Shown here in pieces: positions 12,395-23,699 of a stretch of 64,000 bases of DNA. Made by a program: the position numbers and the translations under genes. Under the pieces are notes generated by a model. It saw nothing but the letters and a program-made list of their open reading frames with translations. It made no database searches and was not told where the DNA came from. The first letter of the stretch is position 1. Each line of letters starts with the position of its first letter. Source of the stretch: Perkinsus chesapeaki ATCC PRA-425 (taxonomy: Eukaryota; Protista; Perkinsozoa); NCBI GenBank assembly GCA_013115145.1, contig JAAPAO010000018.1, positions 62,001-126,000 of the forward strand. The letters run 5' to 3'.

Positions 12395-14208
12395 TGATGA
12401 TGCAAATCGTTCAAGTTTCCAGAGCGAAAGCGGCTTCCATGTTACCTGATAGTAGTCAATGATGTTATCGGATATCTTCAGAGGACTAAAGTCTAAGACA
12501 GGAGTGCATTAGCTATACGAATCGGAGGCTATTAAGTTATTTCAACTCCTTTGCGATGAGGCCCATCAGCCTTATTCAACTGTGCCCTCGGGCTTAAGTA
12601 GAAAATATACCCCGAATGAAGGAAAAAGAAGAAACGTTATATTTCTTTCTGTAGATTCTCGACGTGGTGCTATTCTCTGACTCAACTTGTGTTGCCACTT
12701 TCAACCTCCTTCCACCTTCCGCACCATTCGTCATTGGACTGATTGGCTTGAGCCTAAAGAACTCTCCCGAATTGGTCTCTCAACGAACAGTTGCCTAAAG
12801 CGGAATTTTCCGGCAGTCCAAATAGCTACAGGCCTCCTTCAATTCCGCCCCCTTAAGAACTGTTTCTTCTACATTCCATAACGGATGTACGCATGAGCCA
12901 TGTGAGTTGTTTGATGATGATGCAACTTTATAGTTTTCAATCGAACACCGATGACTTGGAGGTTAAAGGAGGAGGTCAAAACTAGGGAGTAGCTTTATGT
13001 TTTACATTCAATATTGACTCTATGTAACCAGTGGTCATCATCAACCCTTAGCATGTCTTATAGCGTCACACGATCCACAGCACAGCCAGTGTATCTCTCA
13101 CAATGCTCTTCTGATGCTAAAGTTTGCAATATCAAGGTTACTTTGAGGGTGCTCTGTTCGAGTTGAATTAGACTCACCTCATGAACTCGCACGAATTGAT
13201 CGTTACTACTAATGCCAAGTAAAGCCTGGACTAGTCAGAGGCTGCCCATCATCATACATTGGAACACTTCAACTGCCTTATCTCGAGCACATGAGCATGA
13301 AGCGGCCTATGACGAGATATCTACTTGTGTTGTCCGAGTTCAGCTTCATCAGAACGCTTCAATAACCCCATTGTTTCATCGTTTTTCAACTGCGAGCTCC
13401 AGCATGCTTCAACATCGAGGAGTGAGCCATGTTACGTTGGGTAAATTCAACGAACTTCATAATAATTCTTGGCTCGCGTGAAGCCCCGAGTAGATGAGAG
13501 ATGCCACTAGGTGCAGTGCATGTCACAGAATGGGTCCATAATGGACCGTCCATTGTCCTGTAGAACGCGCGTATAGAACTGTTCGCCTATGGGATAAACC
13601 TAGAGCCTGGACACCTGTATAATCGGAGGGTTAATACTACACAAGCTGTTACGTGGAGGATATCAGCATAGTCCATTAACAAAATCCGTTCACAGGCATA
13701 CAGTCCTCCAAATAAATTTGAGATATTCTCAAATGTTATCATAACTCTACAACGGGATCGAGTTTAAGGCTTATTTTCGTGTACACAAGTGAAGTGTAGG
13801 CCAGAGGAGTAGCAGTGGATGATGATGATGAATCATCACCGATGATGAATCATCATTGGTGATGATGATGATGGTGCTCTTCGCAATGTGCTGTAAGCAA
13901 TACATAATGTATGACAAATAACAGTGTCAATGAACAATGTCAATGAGTGTCATAGTTGACTATTAAGATACCTGTTAACGGGGTGCACGGCGACGAGAGG
14001 AATCTCTACGATTGACGAACACCACAACGGGACTATACCCGATTGTAAAGAAAGCTTTGCGCAAGCGTAGCTAACGTACAACAATCGATAGACTAACCAG
14101 AAATTGCACAGAAGAGCGCGCCAAGGCTTTTTGGCTCTGGACACGGCTCCTTGTGCCTCTCTAACAATACCCATAAATCCAACATACAAAGAATCTCACC
14201 GTAGTGAA

Positions 14209-14718
14209 CTACAGAAAGCAATACCACGTGGACTGTGATTGTCCTTCTCCGGTATGAAATAAGTTAACCGAGAGTTCGCCGCCTAATCTCAGCTCAAGTC
14301 GACGTTCTCCAGGAACGTTGCGCACAATGCCCATGAAACGCTCTGGGTCCCACGAGCTTACTACATAAAAGGGATTGCTTTGCTGCACAGAACTTGCCAC
14401 GGCTTGCCGAAATCTTTCACGGTAAAGACGACCTTCTGGCACATTCGTCCATACAAGACGGAAGACCTCGATACTATCTTGAGAGTATCGAATGCGCGCG
14501 GTGATTGGTGAAGCTCCCGGCCCATAAGGAATCAGAGACAGATCAACCTCGTCGCCGGTACGAAAGCTCATTTCGAACTTCATGGTGGGTCCTTCAGTCA
14601 AGCCAAAGTCAGCGTAGTGGAAGAACCCTACAAAGGTTTGCCCCTCGAGGATTGCGTTGACCGTAGGCAGCAACAGCGATGGAGAGAATGCCGCAATGAT
14701 CAAGGAGAATGCGAACAT
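14209..14718 (-). CDS. Single-exon putative secreted protein, 169 aa, unknown function
   Basis: Intact ORF with ATG start and a hydrophobic signal-peptide-like N-terminus (MFAFSLIIAAFSPSLLLPTVNA). Confidence 0.7.
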   Translation of the reverse strand: MFAFSLIIAAFSPSLLLPTVNAILEGQTFVGFFHYADFGLTEGPTMKFEMSFRTGDEVDLSLIPYGPGASPITARIRYSQDSIEVFRLVWTNVPEGRLYRERFRQAVASSVQQSNPFYVVSSWDPERFMGIVRNVPGERRLELRLGGELSVNLFHTGEGQSQSTWYCFL

Positions 14719-14802
14719 TTCGAAAGCAACAGTAGAAGTGTCGTGTGATACCGATGTGCTTAGCTTTTGGCCGCACGCTATGTGAACATCCGGGTGCGTG
14801 AT

Positions 14803-15236
14803 GCTCTAGTTGGCTGACATTAAAATCCATTTAGAGAGTCAGCTCTAGTTGGCTGACATTAAAATTCATTTAGAGAGTCAGCTCTAGTTGGCTGACATAA
14901 AATTTTATTCAGAGAGTCAGCTCTAGTTGGCTGACATTAAAATTCACTCAGAGAGTCAGCTCTAGTTGGCTGACATAAAATTTTATTTAGAGAGTCAGCT
15001 CTAGTGGGCTGACATGAAATTTTATTTCAAGAGTCAGCTCTAGTTGGCTGACATTAAAATCCACTTAGAGAGTCAGCTCTAGTTGGCTGACATTAAAATC
15101 CATTTAGAGAGTCAGCTCTAGTTGGCTGACATAAAATTTTATTTAGAGAGTCAGCTCTAGTTGGCTGACATTAAAATCCATTTAGAGAGTCAGCTCTAGT
15201 TGGCTGACATTAAAATCCATTTAGAGAGTCAGCTCT
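14803..15236. repeat. Minisatellite of 11 x 39 bp, each unit containing the palindrome GTCAGC-N8-GCTGAC
   Basis: Units start every 39 bp (14803, 14842 ... 15193). Consensus GCTCTAGTTGGCTGACATTAAAATCCATTTAGAGAGTCA; variation is almost confined to the AT-rich half. Confidence 0.97.
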
Positions 15237-15306
15237 CATTCTCTGCTTTGTTCATTTTATCAATAATATCATTAATAACAAAGTTCTACTTTCCTCATTT
15301 CCATCG

Positions 15307-17175
15307 ATGAGCAACGACCTTAACAGAAGACAAAGGGCCAGGCTTAGTCGGGACCGATGGGTAATATAGCCTCAGCAAAGATGAGGCTTACTAACTTCGG
15401 TATTCCAAGTTGTACTTCTAATTAGATTGCTCATCATAGTGCCGTTCAAAACAATATGCAGGAGCATATCTCCGCCCTCCAAAGGCAGGTTGCGGAACTC
15501 ATTTCTGACGTTGTTCGCAAAGACTCGGAAATACATTGGCTGGTGAGCAGCAAATTTCCCATTGCCGTGACTTCATAATCATTTGTTGATGTGAATATTT
15601 CTGGCTTTCAGGTAAACACTGTTCGTGATCAAGCCCACATTACCGATAATCTACATGACCACGAAAAAACTTCTACTACTGACATTCTGGAGGAAAAGGA
15701 CAGCGTGAGGAAGAATGCCGAGACTCAGACTACGAATACGAATACGAGTGCCACTCAGCACACTGCAGGCGCTCAGTACTACTCAGTACGTACGATAACG
15801 CGATCTTTCTACTGTAGCGCTCACACCCAGACAGAGACAAAGCTTTCTCAACAAGAGTCTGGCGTTCAGACAGAAAAGGATCATCAATGCAATATTGGTA
15901 CTCAGACGCTCGAAAGTAATATCGGGCTAAGAGCCCTTAGTGAGTCCCCTCACCTACTCTGATGATGCAATATAGGAATAAATGTTGATAGCACAAATAG
16001 AGAAAATAGGAGCACGTTGGAGCGGCTTTCTCACGAGCTCGCTGAAGCAAAGGTAACACCTCAAAAGAGTGTATTATGTAGCTCTGTATTTAAGGGCCAG
16101 ATCAAGCAAATGGCTGAGTCGCAAGAAAATACATTCGAGTATGCTAGGTCTCTGTTGGTAAGTTGGCACAGGGCACTCTCTGTGGTTTATCTAGTACACC
16201 GTGTTACATGAGTTCCATACCTTATTGACCTTAATGTCAGAGAACTGCACAGCAAAACCACAAGGATATGATCGACGATTTGAAGGGCGATCACAAACGA
16301 AAAGAAGATGAATTTCGGAAGGAGATCGATCGCATGCGTAGCGAATACGAGGCTAAGATAAGAAATAAGGTGAGTCTGAGTCTGTGACAGTCTACCATGG
16401 ACGGAAGGTTTGTGAGCATGGGTCGGGTCTGTATTTCGTCTTCCCTCAGGAAGTGCTGTTGATGAATCATGTTACCCATCATCGCAACAAACCCGAGGCC
16501 CCAGGTAGCAGGGAACCAGAGGCCCCACGTAGCAGGGAACCAGAGGCTCCACGTAGCGGGGAAGCCCAGGCCTCACGTAGCAGGGAACTAGAGATCCAAC
16601 CTAGCAAGGAACCAGAGGCCCAACCTAGCAGGGAACCAGAGGCCCAACCTAGGGAATCGCCCCCGGCACCAGAACTGCTGGTAGTACCAATATGGTATCT
16701 TTTTGGCAAAAAGGTTTTGCAGCTATCCGTATATCCTATATCCATGGTACGTCGCATCGTTAAGTCATTTCAGGGGAATGTCGTCCACCTTGGATGCGTC
16801 TCGTGTTGTACCATTGAACAGGAAGGGCGCCGAGGAATCCTATTCAATAACACTTCTCAGTTTAGTAAGAAGAGCGTTCTTATCACGTTTCCAGGGAGCA
16901 ATAAGAATTATGAGGTCATTCTGGAAGCGAAACAGTCCAGAGTGTTTCATTTGACTGCTGACTTTCATAGTATGAAAGAAGCTTATCTTACATCTGAAAT
17001 TGGTGAGCCCAAAGTCTTGCCATTCCTATGGAGAAGCCTCCCTCGCTTCGAAGACCACATACGCACTACGCGAACGCCCCACGCCAAATCGTCAGCGAAG
17101 TCCGATGAGCCCCCGAAGAAGAAGGCCAAAATGTCGACACCCGTTCGGCAATCCCGAAGACTGCAGAATCATTGA
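15307..17175 (+). CDS. Hypothetical multi-exon protein: coiled-coil-like N-half, 8-aa repeats, basic C-terminus
   Basis: Start MSNDLNRRQRARLSRDRW followed by a GT donor; long terminal ORF 16384-17175 with EPEAPRSR/EPEAQPSR repeats and KKAKMSTPVRQSRRL. Confidence 0.5.
16488..16655 (+). repeat. 24-bp coding tandem repeat, about 7 degenerate copies
   Basis: Units such as AGCAGGGAACCAGAGGCCCCACGT encode SREPEAPR/SREPEAQP. Confidence 0.85.
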
Positions 17176-17481
17176 CAATCAATCACTGATTTGGAACCAG
17201 ACAATTCCGGAAGTTATTATGCCTTCAGCATGCGCCTAGCTCCTTCGGTGCTGACCGGTCTCCAATTTCAGCAGACATGCAGTCGTTTCTTGTGCTCGTT
17301 TCTTGTGCTCGTTTCTTACTGGAATTTGAACCCGAAGTTTTGCGTTGATCGTGTCAATAGGGATGTATCGCACGGCAGGTTTTTCGAGGGACCCATGACA
17401 TGGGTATCGATCAGTTGTGATCGTGTAGACTCCACGTTGTAGAGTGGTTACGAACTGTTAAAACGTTCCGTTCATTCTCAG

Positions 17482-17604
17482 TGACTCATTGCCAATGAGT
17501 CATTGATAGATGGAGGCAGAATGATCAAGTTACTCACTGTGACTCACAGTCTGTGAGTAGAACAGACAATATAGTAAGGAAAACCTGCCTGGGACAGTGA
17601 CTCA
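17482..17604. promoter_or_regulatory. Three TGACTCA sites at exact 58-bp spacing with embedded perfect inverted repeats, upstream of the transposase
   Basis: TGACTCA at 17482, 17540 and 17598. 10-bp IR TGACTCATTG-C-CAATGAGTCA at 17482-17502; 8-bp IR ACTCACAG-T-CTGTGAGT at 17542-17558. Function is inferred only. Confidence 0.4.
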
Positions 17605-17739
17605 CAGAGGGCGAGCAATAAGTATACTAGCATAATCGTAACTATAATCAGGTAGACTACTGAGTGCAATCGGGAATACCTTAAGATATACAGACCGGAA
17701 ATGAGACCACGCTCGCGTTAACGGAGCGAAGTTTGACAG

Positions 17740-20700
17740 ATGTACGAGCGTCATCCATCAGAGTTTTTTTCGTTACACACTTCGAACATGTATTACCCGA
17801 GACGTGAATGGCAGCAAGTCAAGACGTACGACATTCAGGGCGAAGAATCTGACCCTTTTTGGGATGCCTTGGTCCACTACATGCCGGACTATTCGTGTAA
17901 AAAGCAGTACGTGCCATCTAATCCGAACGAAATAAGATGGGAGTGTGCTGAGCATGTGGAATGTGACAAGAAAATCAGAATAGTCAAGGATGGGGCGCAA
18001 ATGAAGATATCGGTGTCTGGTAACACATTTGGAAAAGCCTTCTACTACACAACGTCCTTCATAGGTCAGGACACGGGAGAGCCTCGGGACTTGGAGCGTC
18101 TAAGGTTGCCACCACACATCGAGCAGTACATCCTGAATGCTGCGTCTAGAGGAGAAAACGCCTCGCATGTTTTGGCGCATGCGACACATAAATACCCAGC
18201 ATTCGAGGAAAGGTTGACACAATCAAGGGTACGTACATTGCTGCGCTATCTATTTTAGGCCAATATCCTGAGTTCCTTTTTACAGGTGCAGAACCTGATA
18301 TCATCTTTTCGGACGAGACGCGATGGAATTCCACGGGTTGCTAACTTGTTCGAGCTTGATAGCGCATTTGCTGACTATCGAATTACTCCGGCCACCCTGG
18401 AAAGTGTGAAGGACAATCGTTCGTTGCCGAGCAAGATTGTTCATCTGGGAACGAACTTCGAATCTTCGAGTTTCGTTTGCGCTTTGTCCAGCACAGGTAG
18501 GCTCTTCTCACGAGTTTATAATGTCATCTTGGAATGAGCAGGTCATGATGGCCCCAACTCGACTTTAGAGTGTAGTTTCTCCTTGTTAGATATGCTCGTA
18601 TCCCTTAAGTGGTTTCTAGACTCATGCAGTGACGGGTTCCCATTATACATGGATGCGCAGCAGAAAGTTATTCGTGGCAAGCCGAAGCTCGTGTGGATGG
18701 GAAGCTCGCGGACACGGTACTGGTAAATTGAATTTATAAATCTTGTTCGTTCCTACTAGGAGTTTCCTAATTGGAGGCCAGCTGTGAATTTCTTGCAGGT
18801 ATGACAATAGAAGAAAGAAGTATACCCACTCGTTCGTTCCGTTCCTTTGGGCAATTGTCCCGGAAGAATCCGCAGCGGTATACAGTTTCATGCTAGAGAA
18901 ACTGGATGAGCTGGTGCAAGCGCTTTCGAGCGATGAGAAAACACTCTCGGATGTTATCAACCTCTGTGTGCATGACGCTCATCTAGGGGCGATCAGCGCG
19001 TGTGAGGAAAAGCTTCCCGAAATTCGCAACGGTAAGCTGTCCGTGCTCAGGAGCATTTTTCTTCCGTTTATGTGCATACCTATTGCCGGTTCGCACGGCT
19101 AGTCTTTCTACCGCCTGATTATCAGTATTTGCGATGAGACTCAGTGCCGACTTCTCTCAGCTCGATGCTTTTACCATTTTTCGAAGAACATCCGAGACAA
19201 TAAAAAGAAGCTAGGACCAGCGTTTGACCAGGTAACCACTAACTACAGTCCGTGATCGCAGTCCGACCCGTCTACATAGTCGTATTAGGATTTTACACAT
19301 TAGGTTGAGAAATGTATATTCCCGTTACATATTTCGAGTACTGATGAGTTATTCCGATTGCTTGCCGATGCGTTGATTCATGAAGCACATGCGGAGTCGG
19401 AAGAAGCTGGCGTATACCTCGAAAGTACTTTGGACACTGACAGATTCGGCTATCCGAATATAGCTATAACAGCCAAAGGACTTCGGGGTAACCAGGTAAG
19501 AATGCGAAGTTGGAGATGCCAACTTGGCATGACCTGTGAATCACAGGCTGTGATAGTATCACAGTGATACTCTAAGCAAGTTCAGGTTCTGAACAACATT
19601 GTTGAGTCGATGAACTCTATTATGTCTAAAGCACTCGATGGCGAAAGTTTCGATGTCATGATATTCGTCAGAGAGGCGATTCTGGTAGACACTGTCAATG
19701 GCGCTTTAGCGAAATGCGCTGAACGTAGCTTTGTTCTACCTGATTCTGCCATGGCAGATAATGGAGTCCATACGCAAATCTAGTCCGCAGTGTTTCGTAA
19801 GACGGCCAACGCCAGTGATAATGAGGGAATATCATCCAGAAATGCGACAGCTCGGCACATCAATGTTTAATCGGGAGGAGTTTAAAGAAGTAGTTTCCCT
19901 CCGTGGATATGTTATCTCTACTATTGCCGTATTCCGGACTCATTTACTATGAAGGACTGTGAATTGGATCATCCTTTTTCTGTCAGGTCACAGACCTGGT
20001 CTCAGATAGAATAGACCTTGGCGAAGACACACGCTGCTTTTTATTCCCGGCCCATAGGACTGGTGCTACGGCGGCCACACCTTTCACAGCAGAACGCATC
20101 AGTGAATTTTTGGACGGGACGTTATTAGGCGAGTTTCAGGAAGGTAACTATGTGCTGTTACCTCATTTATCTAGTACTCCTTGTCTCAATTCCTTATTCT
20201 ATCCATTTCTAACTACTGCTCAGGTGCAGAAGAACTCGGAGTCGTTGACCTTCTGAAGACGTATTACTGCTATCATCTGGTAACCATTGCTCGCCCGAGC
20301 GCGCAAGCAGTGGTCGTGGCCTGCACCTGCAAAGAAAACAGGGATTGGTCATTGTGCAAGCATACCTACTGCGCTGAAGTTTGTGTGGGAAGCCAACTGA
20401 AGTAAAGAAAGGTTCAACGCGTTTCTCGGTATTAAAGACTTTTGCTACCTTTACCTCCAGATTCGCACCAGGGCAGCACCGAATCCCAACTATAAGGCGT
20501 GGCCGTCGCTCCACCAAGAGAAGAGGGCCATTAGAGCGTACATATTCGGGGATCTCTGCTCCTTCATCCGAAGCTCCAAGTACATCTCCGACAAGGGCTA
20601 GACCTGCAAGCTCCACCCCCATCATTTCCCAAAACATCGAGTGGGAGACATTGGGTGACATAGCTAATAATGACAGCGGAGTCGAGCCAACTTGTCAAAG

Positions 20701-21025
20701 CAATGAGAGTATTCATCGTCTTGCACCAGAAAATGATGATCTGACTTGGGAACTTTCAAATAGCTTCGAAGTGGCGAGGAGCTCAGGTGCGGTAGTACAA
20801 GACTGCAGCGAGGACGAGCTCAGTGACTCCATTGCAAGTACAGAGATCGTCTCTCCGCTGGAATCTCGATCTTCTTCGAGCAAGTCACATCGAGCAGATA
20901 ACCCAGAATCTCCCCGCCGAGTATCAAGGCGAGTGACATTCTCATCCTCCCCTACTCACTCGAATCAAGATGAATCACTTGATCCCTTATCTAATCTTCG
21001 TTGGGAGAATTTACATGAACTCTAA
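17740..21025 (+). mobile_element. Mutator/MULE-family DDE transposase gene with C-terminal SWIM zinc finger, intron-rich, apparently intact
   Basis: N-terminal WECAEHVEC Cys motif; catalytic-type segments LYMDAQQKVIRGKPKLVWMG, FVPFLWAIVPEESAAVYSFMLEKL, CVHDAHLGAISAC, ARCFYHFSKN (CxxH) and LNNIVESMN; SWIM ACTCKENRDWSLCKH; low-complexity tail. The exons I checked join in frame through GT-AG introns. Confidence 0.85.
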
Positions 21026-21273
21026 TTGTACCAGTTCCGTTTCGTTCCGGAAAGACCTGTTGGTAAGTTTTTAGACTAGAGTTGACTTTCTGGTAAATTT
21101 TGGTACCTGCGGTCAACATAAACTATGTAAGTTTCACAATATTCGAGCTGTACTCATGGAATTCAATCGTGACTGTTTCATAGACTTTCCCCATAAAGCT
21201 TCTGTGTTGAGTATGTAGTCGAATAAATTCGTCATATCTGCGTCAGGGTTGCGGTTGGCCCCAAGGTATGAAG

Positions 21274-21453
21274 TGACCTCAGAATTGCAAGTTCACCTCA
21301 GTTTAGACTTCATAACCTAAAGCTACCATTGGATAACTCAGGATTAGTAAGTCACATCACATTAGCAGGATCACCTCATACTTACGCTTCCACCTCAGCC
21401 TACCTCATTCACCTCAGTTTAACAAATCCACCTCACTTTAGCCTGTTCCCCCC
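21274..21453. repeat. Cluster of (C)ACCTCA short repeats ending in a poly-C run; candidate MULE right end
   Basis: CACCTCA at 21294, 21372, 21391, 21410 and 21429 plus ACCTCA variants, ending AGCCTGTTCCCCCC. Confidence 0.55.
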
Positions 21454-21541
21454 CTCATAGCAAAGGTGGTGGTAAGGGGGGCGGTGGTAAAGGGCACAGC
21501 AAAGGAGGGAGAGGAGGAAAAGGTAAAGGAAGATGGTGATG
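21454..21541 (+). pseudogene. Isolated duplicate of the last-exon end of the TDRD3-like gene (12309-12396)
   Basis: 88 bp, 84/88 identical to 12309-12396. Both encode HSKGGGKGGGGKGHSKGGRGGKGKGRW*; no upstream exons are present. Confidence 0.85.
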
Positions 21542-21898
21542 CCTTAAAGCATCGACGTTCCAACTGTTTTCTGGTGCAGATGAAACTCTTGAGTTACTAG
21601 CAGTCAATTACGTTCATCGTAGTAATGGCGAGATTGCACCTGCCCAACGCTGAGCAGGCTGCAGCACCCATTAGCTGAGGGATACGTACGACGATAAGCA
21701 GACGATGCAGCAGAGATACGTTCGTAAGGAATGCCTCCTCACTTGCTTGGCCCTTTATTGCAACTACATAATAAGGTGTAACCCTACTTCCTCGTCTTTC
21801 GACCTTTCACTTGTGTTGGCATCACGGTGGCACCGGAGGGAGCTAAATAGACTCGCAGAGCTAATAGCCGATCCTACCACCAGCGGCAGCAGCTTTCC

Positions 21899-23615
21899 AT
21901 GATTTGCCTCCTCCTTCCTCTGGTCCATCTGGGCCTCTCTATAGTCTCCTCCCAGCCTCCCTCCGATTGCCTTCGCATAGGCAGCTTATCCGAGACCAGT
22001 GATTCACGAATGTTTGAACTGCCCCATAGATTCGATGAGGTCGGCCTTCAACCATATCCACATTTCGCCAGGTTGTATCAGATCCGGACTGGCAATAGTA
22101 GCAATATAACAAGCTCTAGCAACTGTGGCATGCATTTCACTGTCGGAGACACCCTCTGCATCGGAGCGAGAGAGCTCACCGTGAGCGCCGCCGCCGCCAC
22201 CGTGGCATCGGTGAAAGATAGGTTAAATGAGGCTGCTCAGGTTCGCCGTAAGTGGGGCCTTGTTATACAACTCGGAAGCGATCATCGTGCTTATCTCGGT
22301 CAAAACTTCACTTGGGGAACTTGTCAACTTAATGATGAGGATGGCCGCCGACAACGGAGAGTTCTCATGCAAGGCCTGCACCATGATAGCCGACTTTATC
22401 TAGACGGCACTGGACAAAGGCAGGCTTCAGACGGTACCGAAGTCCACGCGTCTGTTTGCCATGGCAGGTTACTGGTGACCCATCCTTCAAAGCGTTTGGT
22501 CTATCTCTACCATTCGATACCATCTCACTTCACTCACGCTGGCAACAGGAAGCGTGTTGACGTACGAAATCTGCAAGCTTATCAAGCTTATCGCTGCCCA
22601 GGTTGTCGCCGGTGAAGACGGCAAGCTCCTGTACCCCTCTGACATAGCACTTCTCGAATTTAACGGTGTCACCAGCACTGGCCAGCCTGGTGCACGAGCT
22701 CCATGTGATTACTACTGAGAGTCTTTCAGGTCGTTACTATGGCTACGTAGTCGTCTGTGATATGCACGCTCATCGCGTTGTCCTCTATCCTCCGCCTGGC
22801 ACAGCATCTCCAGCTAGCATGGCTCGAGTAATAGCCGGATCAAGTAGGCACCCTTGGCTCTGTATCGTCATACCGAGTCAGCAGGCGGCGGTCTTCCCGG
22901 TGCTGATCTTTCATCACTAAACAGCCCCAATGCGATTGCCATTGATCCCGATGCTCCCCTCTCTGAACTTCCCTACTCTAGCCTGTTCATCTCTGATTCC
23001 GGCAACGATCGAATAGTCCGCTGGAGGTTCGGTGCTGTACGCGGAGAGATAGTAGCGTTCACCAATGCTCGTGATTTGCTCCTTCGACCCTCTGGCTTGT
23101 TCGTGGCAACCTCCACTGAAGTACTACTGCTACAAGGCAGGTCCTCTGACACCTGCCCTGTTCTTTCATCTCTGATGAACCAATTTGGGAATGACCAATG
23201 CACGGCCGTTGACCAGAAAGCCGAAACTTCTTCGACCTCTCTGGCTCCCCTGAGGTTATCCATCAACGTTGAGAGCTACCCCCGTCATCTCCTCCGGGAA
23301 AACCGCACTAAACTCGCTCCGACTGTGACCTCTGTCGACGCCGAAGCAAGTGAGGTCTACACATTCGCCGCGCCCGGAAAAGTATCCTTCGGGCAATCTC
23401 CAGATAGCCTTGTTATTGTCAGCGATGGTGGTAACGATACCTCCCTGGGATGGGTCAACATCGATACCGAGTTATCATTTTCGTGTGGCGGTTGTTCTGC
23501 GCTTGTTGTGAATGCAGAAGTCTATAGTAAAGACTGCACCATGTTCTCAATACAACCTGCAAGTGGTGAGCTTGTGGAGTGGCATAACCATGATTGTGTC
23601 TCAAGAAAGGACTGA
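21899..23615 (+). CDS. Putative secreted NHL-repeat/beta-propeller protein, multi-exon
   Basis: Signal-like start MICLLLPLVHLGLSIVSSQ; NHL-type LNSPNAIAIDP...LFISDSGNDRIVRWRFGAVRGEIVA and VVCDMHAHRVVLY. Confidence 0.6.
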
Positions 23616-23699
23616 TGCCGTGTGATTTGTTGCGTTGCTTCCTAGTAACCGAGCTGAACTATACAAGTATGAGGTAAAGCTACTGTGGCAATGAGCCTG

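Noticed and set aside
10000-12450. Degenerate retrotransposon on the minus strand (gag/protease-like fragments)
   Set aside because: The plus strand splices cleanly into an RMI1_N/TDRD3-like protein; the minus-strand resemblance is stop-riddled and coincidental.
12450-14200. Possible hAT or other transposase remnant
   Set aside because: Only a vague NVTWLT...SMLE resemblance, many stops and no ends. Left unannotated.
14803-15236. CRISPR array (palindromic repeat plus variable spacers)
   Set aside because: The 19-bp linkers are near-identical variants of one another rather than unique spacers; no cas genes; eukaryotic context.
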